A stretch of 62,833 bases of DNA, the filler included, from Sluysia triapertura (lineage: Eukaryota): assembly GCA_046118255.1 (NCBI GenBank). It is 5 parts of 5 records of this genome, joined end to end, with 100 filler letters (N's around TTAATTAATTAA, not from the genome) between each part and the next. Parts side by side here need not be neighbours in the genome. Positions count along the whole stretch, not along the records: positions 22,376 to 37,644 come from JBJNIA010233010.1; positions 37,745 to 51,540 come from JBJNIA010019297.1; 3 more parts are not named here. The stretch is one strand, 5' to 3'. The notes beneath the pieces were generated by a model. It searched no databases. It was not told where the DNA came from and saw only the letters and a list, made by a program, of their open reading frames with translations. Shown piece by piece: positions 27,080 to 40,828 of this stretch. Position 1 is the stretch's first letter; the number at the start of each line of letters is the position of its first letter. Both the position numbers and the translations under genes were made by a program.

Positions 27080-29540
27080 GATTTGGTTGGACAGCCAATA
27101 CGATCAGTTAGTTTATTTTACTGATTTGATGAATTAAATCATATTGTGATGACAATCATCATCAACAGTGACATGGAATTGTAAATGTAAAACAAAATGT
27201 CATTGATGATGATGGCAGTAACTCAGTTGATTGAGAGCTGCATAACTAAAATATAATTTAACTTGATTATGTTAAAAATGATGATAATAACAATAACAAC
27301 AACGAAGTGTTATTATTACTGTTATTAATCAAAAAAATGCATAAATTTCTTTTGAATATCTATTTTATCCGACCTTTCTTTGCTTTTCTTAATCCCTCTC
27401 AACATATACAAATTGTAGAAACGAAAGGAACTCCAGCTTTATGAATTTGTAGTGGTGAAGCTTTTCCTAATGATCATAAGAACTTTTTTTCCTGTTTTAA
27501 GTAACTTTGCATAATTGATTCTGATGTTTTGACTAAAATAATGTTTTTGGCTGAAATGTTATTAAAGTGTAAATAATTCTGACCTAAATACTTTGGAATA
27601 ATGTAAGCGTTAAAATGAATAATGATAGTGTTTGAATATTAAGACTGAATAGTACCAGATGTAGATTTATGATGCTTAATTTATTTTCGAGGTATTTGTT
27701 GATTGATTACTAGTGTGAATGTGATTGAATTGTTTAAGATGAAAGAATGCAAAATAAAATATTTTGAATGAATTTTTAATATACTTTAATGGTTTAAGAC
27801 GTTATGTGATTTTGATGTTGTGAGGTGTCGAATAAATATTCTCAATGGATCGCTTAATGTGAATTGTTAGTATTCTTTGTTATGAGATTGTAGGTTTGAA
27901 GTACTTTGAAAAGTGAATGTTTATTTTGGTGTTTAAGAAGAGAAATAAGATATGAAAACGGTTGTGGTGAATTTTATAAGATTGTTATATGTTGTTGAAA
28001 ATATGGTTTTAGTTATGTTGCGTTAGTTTTAAATGGATTTAGAGATGTGTACTGTAAATTTGAAATTTTATTAGATTTTAATGTGTTTGTGGTAGTATTT
28101 TTGTAAAATTTATTAGGGTTAGTGAATTGGCCACCACACAACGAAGGTGTTATTATCATTATTATTATCTTGAAAACACATAAATTTCCTTTTGAATTTA
28201 AAATGACATGAATTTTCTGTTTATTCTTCAATTTCTAAACATATTAAAAGTTAAAATAAAGAAGAAACATGATATTTTCTTATATATTTAACAGTCTTAA
28301 AGAATTTCAGCCTAAAGTTAAACGTCTTAGATAAGATTTCAAAGTGTAATAGTGACGCTGATGTTATAATGAGTAATGCGTTTGAATATAATTTTTAGAC
28401 ACCATCTGATGTTTCTTATTGAAGATCTATTAGAGTATAAAAGGTGATGACTTAAGTATTTTGGAAAAGTGTAAGTGATGAATGTGCACTGGTGTTTTGA
28501 AAGAAAGTCATGTTTGGCTGTTATGATTTAATGATAAAAGATCGTGCATTTAGAATGTTTGGATTGTTTTGAAGATATTTGTTAAGTAATCTCGAATGTA
28601 ATTGTGATTGAATTGTTAAGAATGAAGAATAAAAAGTTTTTAATGATTTTTTTTACTGTGGTTTAATGTTTGAAATGTAATTGTGCTTTGAATGTTATGA
28701 GGTGTCGAATAAATATTTTTGATGAATCGCTTAATGTAAATTGATGGTATTAGATGTTATTTTTGAAAGCTTATGTGGTTTTAATATGTTTGGAATAGAA
28801 TTTTTGTGAAATTTATTAAGATTAGTGGGTTGGCAACCACAATGATCAAATTATATTAGGATGCCAGCAGTGACGGCAAACCGTGAATGCAATTTAACAA
28901 CGTCACTGCTGATGATGGCAGCTACCAAATCAAATAGATTAATTTTAAGTTAAATTAATAATGAAATAATAATAATAACAATACAGTGTTATTATTATTG
29001 TTACATAAATCCTTTGTAATAGTGAGGCTATTGTTGTAAGATAATTCATAAAGCATTTTAATGTAAGTTTTAATGCTATTTACTCATTTCAAGTGAAAAT
29101 AATTTTTGGTGTTAAGTATTTTGAAACAATATGAATGCTTTATGTGAATGTTAGAATATACCTTAATGTTCTAAATAAAATATGTTTCTAACTGAAGATG
29201 TTAATAGATCGTGAGTTACTAATATGTTGTAAGGGTATAGTTTAGTGTATGAAAAGTAGCTAAGTTATAGTCTAGCTTTTGGTGTGTTCAAAAGGTGATT
29301 GTACAATGTTGAAAATGTGATTTATTTTCTTGATGTTTTTAAGTAATCTTGTCTTTTTGTGCTCTTAGGGATTAAATGATAACGAATGATGAATTTAAAA
29401 TGTTCGAATTAATTTGAAGATGTCGGGTAGTTAATTTCCAATGTGGTTGTAGAGTGATTGTTATGAAATTTCGAGTAAAATTTTTTTGATAAACCACATT
29501 TTGTATGTTATGAGATTGTAGATTTGAAGTTTAAGTTAAG
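27080..29540 (+). repeat. Array of diverged copies of a G/T-skewed dispersed repeat family with hairpins
   Basis: ATGTTrTGAGGTGTCGAATAAATATT.....TG.ATCGCTTAATGT.AATTG occurs at ~27815 and ~28692; TGTTATGAGATTGTAG.TTTGAAGT at ~27878 and ~29505; homologous hairpins at 27156-27215 and 28865-28911. A reverse copy lies at ~48990-49870. Confidence 0.7.
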
Positions 29541-29890
29541 TGACAGTTAATATAAACTAAAAATCCTAACAGGACGTTTTCCTTTCAGAGATAAACCGTA
29601 CTTATTATGTGAACTTGACCTCTAGGTATTTTGTAAGTGTAATTTAAATAAAAATCATTAGTCATTCTTGTAAAATATTCGTATCCAGAAAATAGTTGAA
29701 CAGAAATTACTTGTACTACTTTTAATTTTAAGATGCCTCATCATTAATATTCAGTTAAAATTTTGCTATAACTAAATATCTGAAATTAAATTATCTTAGG
29801 TTTTTCAATTAATCCCAATTATGAATCTTCATCACAAAGCAATCAATAATGTTAAAGTTTACAGCATAATTTAATAGTCTTATTGTAAGC

Positions 29891-31732
29891 CAGGGTTCGG
29901 CAACCTAATGGCCTGCGAAGGGATTTGGACAAGCTTATAAAGATATTAAATTTAATAAACAAAAATTGTTTTAATATTCATTCAAATTCAATATTTAAAT
30001 TAATCCATGAATTCAAAGATCAGGAAAGTATATGACGAGTGTCGAATTTTTCAAGATACTTGGACGTTTGATTATTTTTTTGTCTAGAAAAATGGAAAGC
30101 CAACATGTTTTATTTGCCTTGAAAAGATTGTACTGAATAAAATCGGCAAATATCAGACACAATTATATGACATAACATTTTGAAAATTTTAAAAAAATTA
30201 CTGGATAATCAATGAAAGATGAAGTTAAGCAGCTAAGTCAAAGTTTGAAAAGCAGATATCATTTTTTACGAAGAAAAGAAAGTGAATGTAAAGGTAATAC
30301 GTTTAAGGATAGTGAAATTATTTAAAATGTTTAGTGACAGCGGAGAATATTGTTTTGTAGGACTGTCACAAAATGCATTGAAAAGATGTCATCAGCGAAT
30401 TGCAATATTTTTCAGTTGCATTTCATGAGAGTACAGACTTAAATAACACCATTCAGCTTACAGCATTCGTAAAAGGAGTGAAGAATTTATTCAGTTAATT
30501 CATTTGAAGGATACTGGACCATACATCTTTGAAGTAGTGATTAATAATGGAACTTAGATATTTCAAAACTAATTAGCATCAACTGATGGAGTACCGGCAA
30601 TGGCGGGAAATAAAAAAGCTTTGCAGCACTATTACAGGAACACATGGAAAATCTTGGAATTCCACAGAAACTGATGAAAATTTATTGTATTATTCATCAA
30701 GCCTTATGTTGTGAAAGTTGTTAATATGATTCTATCTCGTGGATTAAATCATCGTCAGTTTTTGGTGGATACAGTGGATGAACATGGAAACCTACTCTAT
30801 TTTTCCAATATTCGCTGGCTAAGCAGAGGTTCAATGCTCAAAAGATTATTAAAATTACATAATGAAATTGTAATTTTCCTTCAAAGCAAATCTGTGGATT
30901 TATCACATTTTCGCGATCCTGATTGGTTTGCATCTTTGGCGTTTCTTGTGAACATTACGAGTCATTTAAAAAACTTGAATTTTCACTTGCAAGGTAAAGC
31001 TCAGATTATAAATGAAATGTTTGGTTGTATTCTTGCATTTAAAATAAAACAAAACCAGTTTCAATATTAAAATTATGCACATTTTCCAACCCTTAAAGAA
31101 TAAAAACCAAAAAATCCTGAAATATTTGTAAATATGATCAAAGATTTGAAGAATGAGTTCTCATATCGTTTTACTGACTTTTGCTTTCACAAAGATTAAT
31201 TCAAGCTTTTTGATAATCTTTTTGATGTGGAAGTATTTACTGTATCATAATGCTTACAAATGGTGTTTCTTGAAATGCAATAAGGCGAATTATTGAAATT
31301 AAAATTTCACTCCGAAGGTGTTTTTTTGCTTGATTTTTATACATTTATTCTAATTGGAAGTATCCTAATTTAGTGAACCATGCGAAAAATATGAAATTTT
31401 TGTTTAGAAATACTCACCAATATGAGCAGTTATTTTCAAAATTAAAATATACTAAAAACAATTTGAGAACAATATGAATATCATGAAGCTTTCAGATGGC
31501 GAAGAACATCAAGCTTCCCATTTTGGATTTTTGAATACAAAATATTTTTAAAATAAATTGTTATTTGTCAACTTGCTTATTATATGCAGACTAAAATATT
31601 CTTAAGAATCTTAAATATTTTATTGAATTTAAGCAATTTGATAAGATTTTTCATATTTTATTTTTAAGAAACCCTTCGGCCCTGCACTCTCAAAAAATTC
31701 AATCTGGCCTTACAAAATGTTGCGGATCCCAG
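29891..31732 (+). mobile_element. hAT DNA transposon, Buster/SPIN/Charlie (GTF2IRD2-like) group, both termini present but inactivated
   Basis: Left TIR CAGGGTTCGGCAACCT and right TIR ATGTTGCGGATCCCAG (12/16 inverted match). 8-bp TSD TTGTAAGC/TTGTAATT with the central TA typical of Buster elements. Internal transposase has stops and frameshifts. Confidence 0.88.
30008..31480 (+). pseudogene. hAT (SPIN/Buster-like) transposase pseudogene
   Basis: MNSKIRKVYDECRIFQDTWTFDYFFV*KNGKPTCFIC (zinc-finger N-terminus); TDGVPAMAG; YCIIHQ; RGLNHRQF..IRWLSRGSMLKR..LAFLVNITSHLKNLNFHLQGK; YEQLFSKLKYTK. Multiple stops and frameshifts. Confidence 0.88.
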
Positions 31733-32690
31733 TTGTAATTATTTCAAAAGTTAATATCAGGTGTCATTTTTGATTCCCAGATATTAATTATTTGTTTCTA
31801 ATTACTATTTATAATTACCATTTTATGATGATGTTTACACCCTCACTTTCACCTTCCGCTCATCACTATTCCTATTCGATCTAATACTAGTTCAAGCTGC
31901 TCCAAAAATATAAATTTGATTTAGTTACTTTGTAATAAGAGATAAATATTACTAAAATTTAATGTTTATTACAGTTTTAAGCGTTACTGAGTGAAATGAT
32001 TACTTATTTTATTTCGGGTAGATTTCAAAAGTTTTAAAAAGTCGTGAATTGCAATTTAAAATAATATATAACTTTCCAGGTAAGGCTTACCTAATAAAAA
32101 GTCCAGTAATAAATAATGTCATAAAAACAATTTAGTGTATTGTTTAAAAACCGTCAGTTTCGACTTCATGTAAAGGTATTTGCACATAGAAACGAATTTT
32201 TACAAGAAAATAAAACTAATTTAAGTATAAAGAATCCATAATTGAAATTAATATCCTGCCGTTGTAATTTTTAACAAAAATATAAAAACTATATTAAATT
32301 AGTTAAAAGGAAAAAATTTATAAATGCAGTAGTCAAATACAATATCTGTTTTTGAAATAAAAAATAAAGTAAAAATTATTGTAAAATAAAGACATTAATC
32401 TTGCAGTGTATTTTAATGAAAAGGCGATTTCATTGAATTAGACAAGTTCGTATCTGGAAATAATTATTAACGATTGCAAAATAAATCATCACATCTTCGA
32501 GAAAAACGAATATTCAAAATTTATAATAATTTAATAAAAAAACATAAGATTTTTCAATAGTATATTTTAAGAATTAGGAAAAATTGGAAATATTGTTTGA
32601 ATATTGTCGATAAGTAGCAATTGGTTACAAACTTTAAATTAAAATTTTTAAAAAATTAATGCTTTAGCATTTCAATATTTTGAAATTATT

Positions 32691-33651
32691 ATGATACGCC
32701 CTAGCCCTAATGAGTTAGAACGATTGAAAAAGGAGGAATTTCGCAAGCGTAGAATTCAAAGGCTTAAAGAAGTAATTATATGTATCCTTGAATTTTTATT
32801 TTTGTAAATCTTTATAGGTTAGACAGATATCTAAAGATCAAGCTTTGAAATTAAGAATTACATATAAAAATCAAAAGAAAAAGGTCATATATAAACTAGC
32901 AGAGGCTATACAAGTTTATAAATTTATTTTTGTTAAATGATATAGGGTCGGATATGTCAAGAAGGAGCAAGTGAAATTGAATATTTAAAATCCAAGTTTA
33001 AATATCAAAATCAATGTATAGGAATAGCCCACGAAGATGCTGAAAATATGGTTAGATATACTGACTATTATTACTTAAGAAGATATGTATTTATAAATCA
33101 TGATTTAGATTTAAAACAAATAATTTTTTAGCCTAATTTGGATGAAAAGTATCAAGAATTAAAGAAGAAAAATAACGATAAAGCTAAAGAACGTCATTTA
33201 CATGCTTTAAAGTGTCTTGTTGAAGCAAAAAAGGAAAAAGAATATGAAACATTTAAAAAACTTGAAACCTTGAAATTTGCAGTAAATGTAGAAAAAGAAA
33301 GAGCAGCAGCTGTAGCTGCACTACCTCCACCAAATCCTTATCCATATAATATTTTATTTGAAAATGATAGCAATCCAAGAGGTTATTTTTTTTAGTTAAA
33401 GAAGTAGAGATTTATTTTTGTCATAATTTAGTTAAAGTATGTGATAAAACAAAATACAGTTTAATTGAAAGTGTTAAGTTGGCGGATTATGTAGTTGAGA
33501 AAGAGTTAAATCAGGATAAAGAAAACGTCGATGGTATAAAAGCAGGCGAAAAACGACAAAAAGATTTAGATAAATTTTATCGAAATCAACAAATAGAATT
33601 TGAAGAACAGCATTTAAAGGCTTATTTACGTGGTAGCAAAGCTTTAAGAAA
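32691..33651 (+). CDS. CEP295: Centrosomal protein CEP295 (Ana1/KIAA1731) ortholog, 5' exons
   Basis: Exons 32691-32771, 32818-32913, 32946-33050, 33132-33381, 33432-33651 (GT-AG introns of 46, 32, 81 and 50 nt, phases consistent). MIRPSPNELERLKKEEFRKRRIQRLKEVRQ...IGIAHEDAENMPNLDE...KAKERHLHALK...VEKERAAAVAALPPP...KAYLRGSKALRK follows the conserved CEP295 N-terminus (RLSPNEE..RRRKLRLLQVR..GHRQAKENEPDLD..RHKEAL..VEKERSAKITSLPPP..KAHVRGFQAMKK). Downstream exons not resolved. Confidence 0.85.
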
Positions 33652-36600
33652 GTATATTTTTAATTTTTAAATTAAAAGTTTTAGAAGCACTATGTAAAAG
33701 ATAAAGTTTTTTGTATGAATTTTTTTGATCATTGGTTCACAGTAGGTGATTCTCTTAACTACTAACTGATTATTGTTTACACCTTTATTTCATAATTACT
33801 AAAATTTTCTTTTAATCATTTCATTTAAGAATTTAAAAGAATTTCATTTCATTTTTATAGCCATTTTCTCTCTTTGCAAAATTTATTTACTTGATTATCT
33901 ATGACTGCTGATATTAAAATTACTTAAAATTAAATTTATTCCTCATAAAATCTTAGCATAAATATATTCTGAAGGGCAAAGTTTACTTGTCTCTAATGTA
34001 AGAGGTAGAAGTGCATTTTAAACTAAAAATTTTAGTCTGAATTCTTTCTTGTTACACCAATGGAATAAAGTAGCTCAAATAAGATATATTCCAAAATAGC
34101 AAAAATAATACAAACTTTGTAAGTACATAAATGCAAATAAATGTAAAGGAGGACTCACAATAATTTATATTTGTCAAAAAAGGATGTTACAATATTATGT
34201 AATGATCTTGTAATTTATTATTTATTCTCTTGGTATTATATTTAATTATCTTAAAAATAATCGCAAACTTGATAATCTTCAATAATAACTCCTTCAAAAT
34301 TTTCTTCTAAATCTTAGAATCAAAAGTAATATCTTGTTCATAACAGTAATAGTTCAAATAGCTTCTTGAAGTTATCTTCTAATTTCTTCTTAAATTCTTT
34401 AATTATTTATTGAAATGTAAATAGTTGTGAAAATATCATGAAGTTTATCTCTTTTATATAATTTTTATGTTGATTTTTCTGGCCAAAATATTTATACTTC
34501 TGTACATTGCTGTGTTACGTATTTTATATTAATTAGTATTTCTATATTGATTTCTATATTTCTATATTGACTAAATAAAATTCTGAATTATTACGTACTC
34601 TATGAAATTATATTGGTCATGCAAAATTCTCTATTGAATTTTCTAAACATGACAAATTAATATCTTTTATTATTTGTTTTATTTACTACATTACAATTTA
34701 TTATATAACAGTAGCTTTATCTTTAATTTTAATTTTATTTATTGTTTTATAAATATCATTTAAAATGAAAGTACTTCCGTATTTACAAAGATCTCCTACG
34801 TTTGCTTCAATTTTCACTCATTCAACTAAAATAATTTTCTCTTAAATTACTTTTATTGAACCACCAAAATTACAATATGTAACTATCATAATATTATTTA
34901 TTTTTTTCCATTATGTTTAATGTGTAACTGTAAGCTCCCATCCAAAAATTTCTGCTTTTCTGGTTTTCTGCTTTAAACTTTGATTTTTATAAAATGTTTT
35001 TTTTTGATTGCTGAAAATAAAATTATTATTCAAAATGATTTAAAATAATAAACACTACTATTTAAAACTGAAATTATTTATAATTAATTAAAATCGATGC
35101 ATAACATTTAGTATCACAATCAATTGCTACTCATTTAATATAATATTGTCAGGTTTACTCAACTATCAAACATCGAGGAGTAAAGAAATTATAACATTGA
35201 GCAAATGCGTAAAGACTTATTTCAAATGTGAGTATCGATGAGATATAAGCTTCAGGCCACCAAACTTCAAGGCACGCATCTACATATTCATCTTGAATAG
35301 TAGATTTTAAATAATAAAATTATGGTAAAATATTGTTGAAAGAAGAATAATGAAGATAAAACTATCTTGAATCACTATAACAATACTTTAGGCAATAGGG
35401 AACATCGTGAAGTTTCAAAAGACATAAGATTTTTAAATATTTGTGGAACCTTTTAATTTTGGTATGATGAATAAAAAACATATAATCGATTGATAGCGTT
35501 TAACAAATGAAAATTTTTTAGCTTATGATTAATTATTATTTTAGTAAAAGTAATATTAGGCTTACTTATGTGCTTAAATAAAATACACATGGACTTAAGG
35601 TCCTTATCAAAACAAAAATCGATTTCATACGTCCTGATAATGGTATTAGTGTTTGGACATCAATGTTTAAATCCATGGTTTGGTAACTCAAATCATAAAA
35701 TAAGAAACGCACTAAAGTAGTACAAGCGCACTGCAGAGCAACGTAAGTGATTGAGAAAGAGGAAAGATTGAACAAATTTACAAAACGTTTAAATTTTGAA
35801 ATTAGTTTTGAAAAATGTTTAATATAGGTTAATTTACTAAGTTAATTACTAATTTTCCTTTTGAATATTTAACGAATTAGTAAGGAAAGAATAGCATATT
35901 ACAAGTTATAAAAAACAAAATTACATTGACACAATTAATTTAGACAGATAAAATTCAAATCATTTAATCTAGATGCAAAACAAATAAGAACTTTACAGAG
36001 GTCTTTCAAATTAATTATAATATCACGAAATATCAACTTCAGATATCTCTGACTACATAAATTTATGTTTCGTACAAAGAAAACATACCGTGCAACCTGA
36101 CCAAAATCTTGACTAGCACTTTCAAAATCTCGATTCTCTTTACACATAATTTACACATTAAATTCACATAAGAATTCACACTTAGTGAACGTTCACGACT
36201 ATCTTGACTTAAAGAATTCAAAATTTCCTTTTTCAACACCGCCTAAATTATCTTTGCCACATGATTTATCATTTTCATGAGCATTAATGTGATTCGCTGT
36301 TCATGATTACATATAAGACAGCATATATAATTTTTATGATACAAACATAACAAACATAAATAATACACTTTTAAACATTTCATAATAAATCTGAGTATTA
36401 CAAAGGTCTATAAAAGCAGAATTATCTTTTCTTGACTTAATGTTACATAATTTCACTAGGACTAACATTGACAACTTTAAGATTCCAATCGACATTTCTA
36501 GATACATCTATCAGTCTTTCGTTATCTTGTCGACACATTTCATTAACAAGGACAGCGAAGAATACAAACTATAAGATTATAACATTACAACTATCTAGCT

Positions 36601-37644
36601 TCAAAAATTGATTATTCAATTTCCTTTATAAAAATTTATTTAAGAAAATAATAAAATTATACATTTTACATTTTTCAATAATCATTGGTTGTTATTATAT
36701 ATGAGCCGTGATATACTAGATGAGTTGATGATGATGATGCTCTTAATTATAATTACGATGATAATTGCAATCGAAGATGTGTTGGTGATGGTGGAGTAGT
36801 AATTATTCGAGATTGTGCGTAAAATGTGTTAATATAAATGAAGATGATGAAGCTAATATAGAAAATGATGATAACGATGAGCATTGTAATTATCCGTATA
36901 TGATGATGTATATTATTCTTATGATAAAGTATTAGTTGTGATGTAATAGTGATGAATGATAAATTGTAATACTTATTATTAAAAAGTTGCTAATATGCTA
37001 CTAATAATAAAAATTGTTTTAATTAATTTTAATTTAATTAATTTTTAATTTTAATTATTATGAGTAATAATAATAATGTAACGAATAATGCTCATTTTCA
37101 TATGTATTTTAATTCTAAAATAATGTTTAAAATAATTTTAAAATCATTATAAAAATTATTGACATAATGTTTTTGTATTAATTTAAAGTGAGATTACATA
37201 GAGATAATATAAATTAAAATTTAGTAACAAATAACAATCAATTTTACATTGAAATTGTATAAGTAATGATTTTAAAGTGCGATTGTACAAAAACAAAATG
37301 AAATTAAAATTTAACATGAAACCTTACTGTCAGAATCATAAAATATATTGAAAATAAGAATTAATAATAATAATATGAAATCTAATTTTAAGAACATAAT
37401 ATTCGATCAAAATCATTTTAAAATATGATTTAAAATATTCTGTAAATAAAACAAAATCATGTTAAATTAAGATTACTTAAAAGTAATATGAAATTAAAAT
37501 TTAAAACATTATGATCGATCAAATTTATCTTAAAATTAGATTCTGTGAATACTATAAAACGTTATATTTAAAATTAGAATCATTTTAATTTTCACCATAA
37601 TATTAATAAAATAAAACTATTTTAAAATAATAATTAGAACTTAC

Positions 37645-37744
37645 NNNNNNNNNNNNNNNNNNNNNNNNNNNNNNNNNNNNNNNNNNNNTTAATTAATTAA
37701 NNNNNNNNNNNNNNNNNNNNNNNNNNNNNNNNNNNNNNNNNNNN
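37645..37744. other. Artificial contig-joining spacer
   Basis: 44N-TTAATTAATTAA-44N. Confidence 0.97.
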
Positions 37745-38379
37745 CTCATCAATTCTTTCTTCATTTGTAATTCTATGTGTCTTTTACTCGTCTCTTAATC
37801 CAAAGTTGGGCAATCCCAACAATTTATCTAAATTATTATTCTAAATTAAGCAAAAATTTGTTTTTCACAAAAGACATTTTATTTGGATAATTACTGGGTA
37901 ATAACTAGACGGAAATTTGTCGCAAAGTATTGTGAAATTTTGATTATTAAAATTGATCGGCATAAAACCGACTCTAAGAAATAAGCACAACGTTGTCGGC
38001 ATTCGAATTCCTGACTTTGCAGCAATATAAAGAACTTCATCTTGTTACGGTACAACACAAGTGATATTACAATAATTTACGAATTTGTTCTACTATAAGA
38101 AGGCTAGTTCAACGCACTAGTATCAAATCTTACATTTCGTTAAAATATATCCATTGTTAATATGCGCCTAGTAGGCATAATTTAATTGTCCAAGTACAAG
38201 TTTAGTATGATAGTTTCTATGATTAATCTATTAATTATGGAAAAAGTACAAAGTCAGAAAACAAAATAAATGATTGAGCATAATTTGACCCTTAAGTAAT
38301 CTAGTTAAACTACTTAATTATTAATTAATCTACTTTATAAGTTTCTTATGTTAGGCTGCCATCACAACCCTCTAAAATT

Positions 38380-39100
38380 ATGTAAAATATCATTTAAAAA
38401 ATATTTTAAAGCTTCAAAACAACCAAAAGATATTTATTTATCCAAAAAAAGAAAATAAAATTTCGAAAAAAGCTTCTAAAAATAGAATAAAAGCTTCTAG
38501 AATGTTCTAGAACATTCCATCTTTTCTATTGTCTGATCACTAATATATAAACTAGCATCAATTCAATATACAACACAATTTCATTTTCTAAATTTTATTA
38601 ACACAATTTTTGATGCATAAATTTTAAATATATTCAATACGCCATTTCAGTTTCAGAATTAATTTATTGTTATAGGAGGGTTTCAATTTTTATTGAAATT
38701 GTAAAATAAATTTAAATTAATTAATAAAATTTCTTTTACAAACCCCGAACTAATGACGGCAATTTTGTAAGTTAAAATATTATAATTAACCAAAGATCAT
38801 TTCGATTTTGATTTTAAAATCATTTATTATATCCATTTTATCTTATTATTTTGTTTTTAATTGTTTATATTAATTTATTAAGAAACTTGTATTCTTTTGG
38901 GTCTCATTTAATGCACGAATCTAACACATCGAGTTTACTTGTAAATTGGTTCGATTGATAATAGAAATAACACAATCTAGTTTAGTTAACTAACCTTATT
39001 TTAAGTTGTTACAAGAATTTTCATATTAAGATTAACTTAATGTTAGTTACAGAGACGCCATCCATAAGACATAAGACGTTTACTGTAAGCCGACCCTGCT
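38380..39100 (+). repeat. Dispersed LTR-like repeat copy (related to 16116-16600)
   Basis: Shared ordered blocks (TTCTAG..ATT.., TATATAA, ACACAATTT, TTAGTTACAGAgAC.CC..AGCCG.CCCT). Confidence 0.4.
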
Positions 39101-40592
39101 CAATTTTATTTTGCCGTAGGTTAAAAGAAAAACCACAGCACTTAGTGTAGACGAATAAGTTTAAATTATATTTTGTTGATTAGTTCACAGAGAAACCACT
39201 GCAATATTGATGTTGAACCTCTATCATAAATTAAGTACAAGGTTTATAATCAAACAGAATCTAATCTCCAATAATTTGACATCTTTCGTCATTATTTAAC
39301 TATTAGCTTGTTAATAATCTTTCCATATACTAAAATACATTTTTGCATCACTACATATTACCTTAAATTTAAATGTTTCTGTATATTAAAAATGAATACG
39401 TTGAAATATATTTCTTCCATATGATGTTTTAAGCAAACTGAAGTTTTTCTTATTGATAATTACTAATTATTAAAATATTATTTATTTTATTACGCGTTTA
39501 TCACAGTTATATGCTAAGCTAATGCTAGGTTGTCAGCACAACCTTTTGATTATTCTGATAATAGTAATAATGGTAAAAATAAAACAGAAATAATAAATAA
39601 TAATATCAATTTTCAAAGGGGAAGAGAAATCATTCTCTTTTATGATTGGCTAAAAACTAGAATGCATAGTAGTTTCCAAAATCATTTCAATTTTTTGATT
39701 TTTCAGTTTTTGACAATTCAATCGCAGATCAATTTAGATAAGTTTTAAATTTTTTATTGATTTAGTAAGCTTATATAAGTTTGTGGTTTCAAAAGAATTC
39801 CTTAAAATCATTTGTAAAATATTAATCAATATTTTAACCTGCTCTAATTTACAAACCAAATTTCTATTTTGATTTTAATTACATATCTTTTTCATTGAAT
39901 TGCCACTTACTTGTTTGTGGTGTTAATCATATATGTAATTATGTTGTCATTATAATTTGATAAACATATTAATATGGTATATTTATATTTGATTTTATGG
40001 TTTATTTACAACTAAATTGTTATTATAGAGATTAAGCGAGCATAATTAAGGAAAATCAAAGGCCCACTAAACTTGAAACATGCATTTAAGCTAGAAATAA
40101 TTCCATCACGTTGCTATAGCAACAAAAGGCTTACTTTACCTTATAAAGTATCCACACTCATTTTGTTAAGGAGTAAGTAAATACATATTACATTACGTAC
40201 AACTAATTGATTATATTTATTGCAGATGATGTTAGAATTTCCGTTAAAATATACTTTATACCATTATAGTAACATATTAAAACCATATAATTCTATCATT
40301 ACCTTAAAATTATTACTCGTGTGAAATTTACGAGCAACTTAAATTTTCACAAGACCTTTGCATTTATTGACAACTTTTAGGCCTTAAGTTACACCGAGAG
40401 CTTTTAGTAAAATGATTACACACTGATTTGGCCAGACAATTCCAACACATACTTATACTTAGAATGTTATATAATGGTAATGACAAAAATTCATAACTAT
40501 TAAAAGTAGAAGTAGCAAAGTTACAATAATTCAGTAGAATTGTTTTAATGTCACTGTAACAATATTTTGAAAAGATAAAACATATATATTTA

Positions 40593-40828
40593 TTATACAT
40601 CATTCATAATTCCATCAACGAATTTTTTGAACGTTTTTAAAGCTGGACCCAAACACGAGTTTTGCACAGAAAACATATTACCAGCAGCTTTGATTTCTTC
40701 ATTTACTTGAGACAATGTTGGTACATTTGTAGGATCAAATTCATCTACCAAGTCAATATCTATAGGCACACATACTTTTTCTGTCGAAGGATGAATACAA
40801 AACGGAGATTTTAACAAATGATTAACTC
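40593..40828 (-). CDS. PRIM1: DNA primase small (catalytic) subunit, terminal exon
   Basis: AG acceptor at 40830-40829. (G)VNHLLKSPFCIHPSTEKVCVPID..DEFDPTNVPTL..KTFKKFV* is the conserved PRIM1 C-terminal motif (NHLLKSPFxxHPxTGxxxVPID..FDPxxVPT). Upstream exons not found before the contig end at 51540. Confidence 0.92.

Noticed and set aside
28112-28122. TTAGGGTTAG as an interstitial telomere
   Set aside because: Under two units and part of the skewed repeat (the homologous copy reads TTAAGATTAG).
35154-35230. Possible sixth CEP295 exon
   Set aside because: The frame required by the phase-2 donor hits TAA within ten codons.
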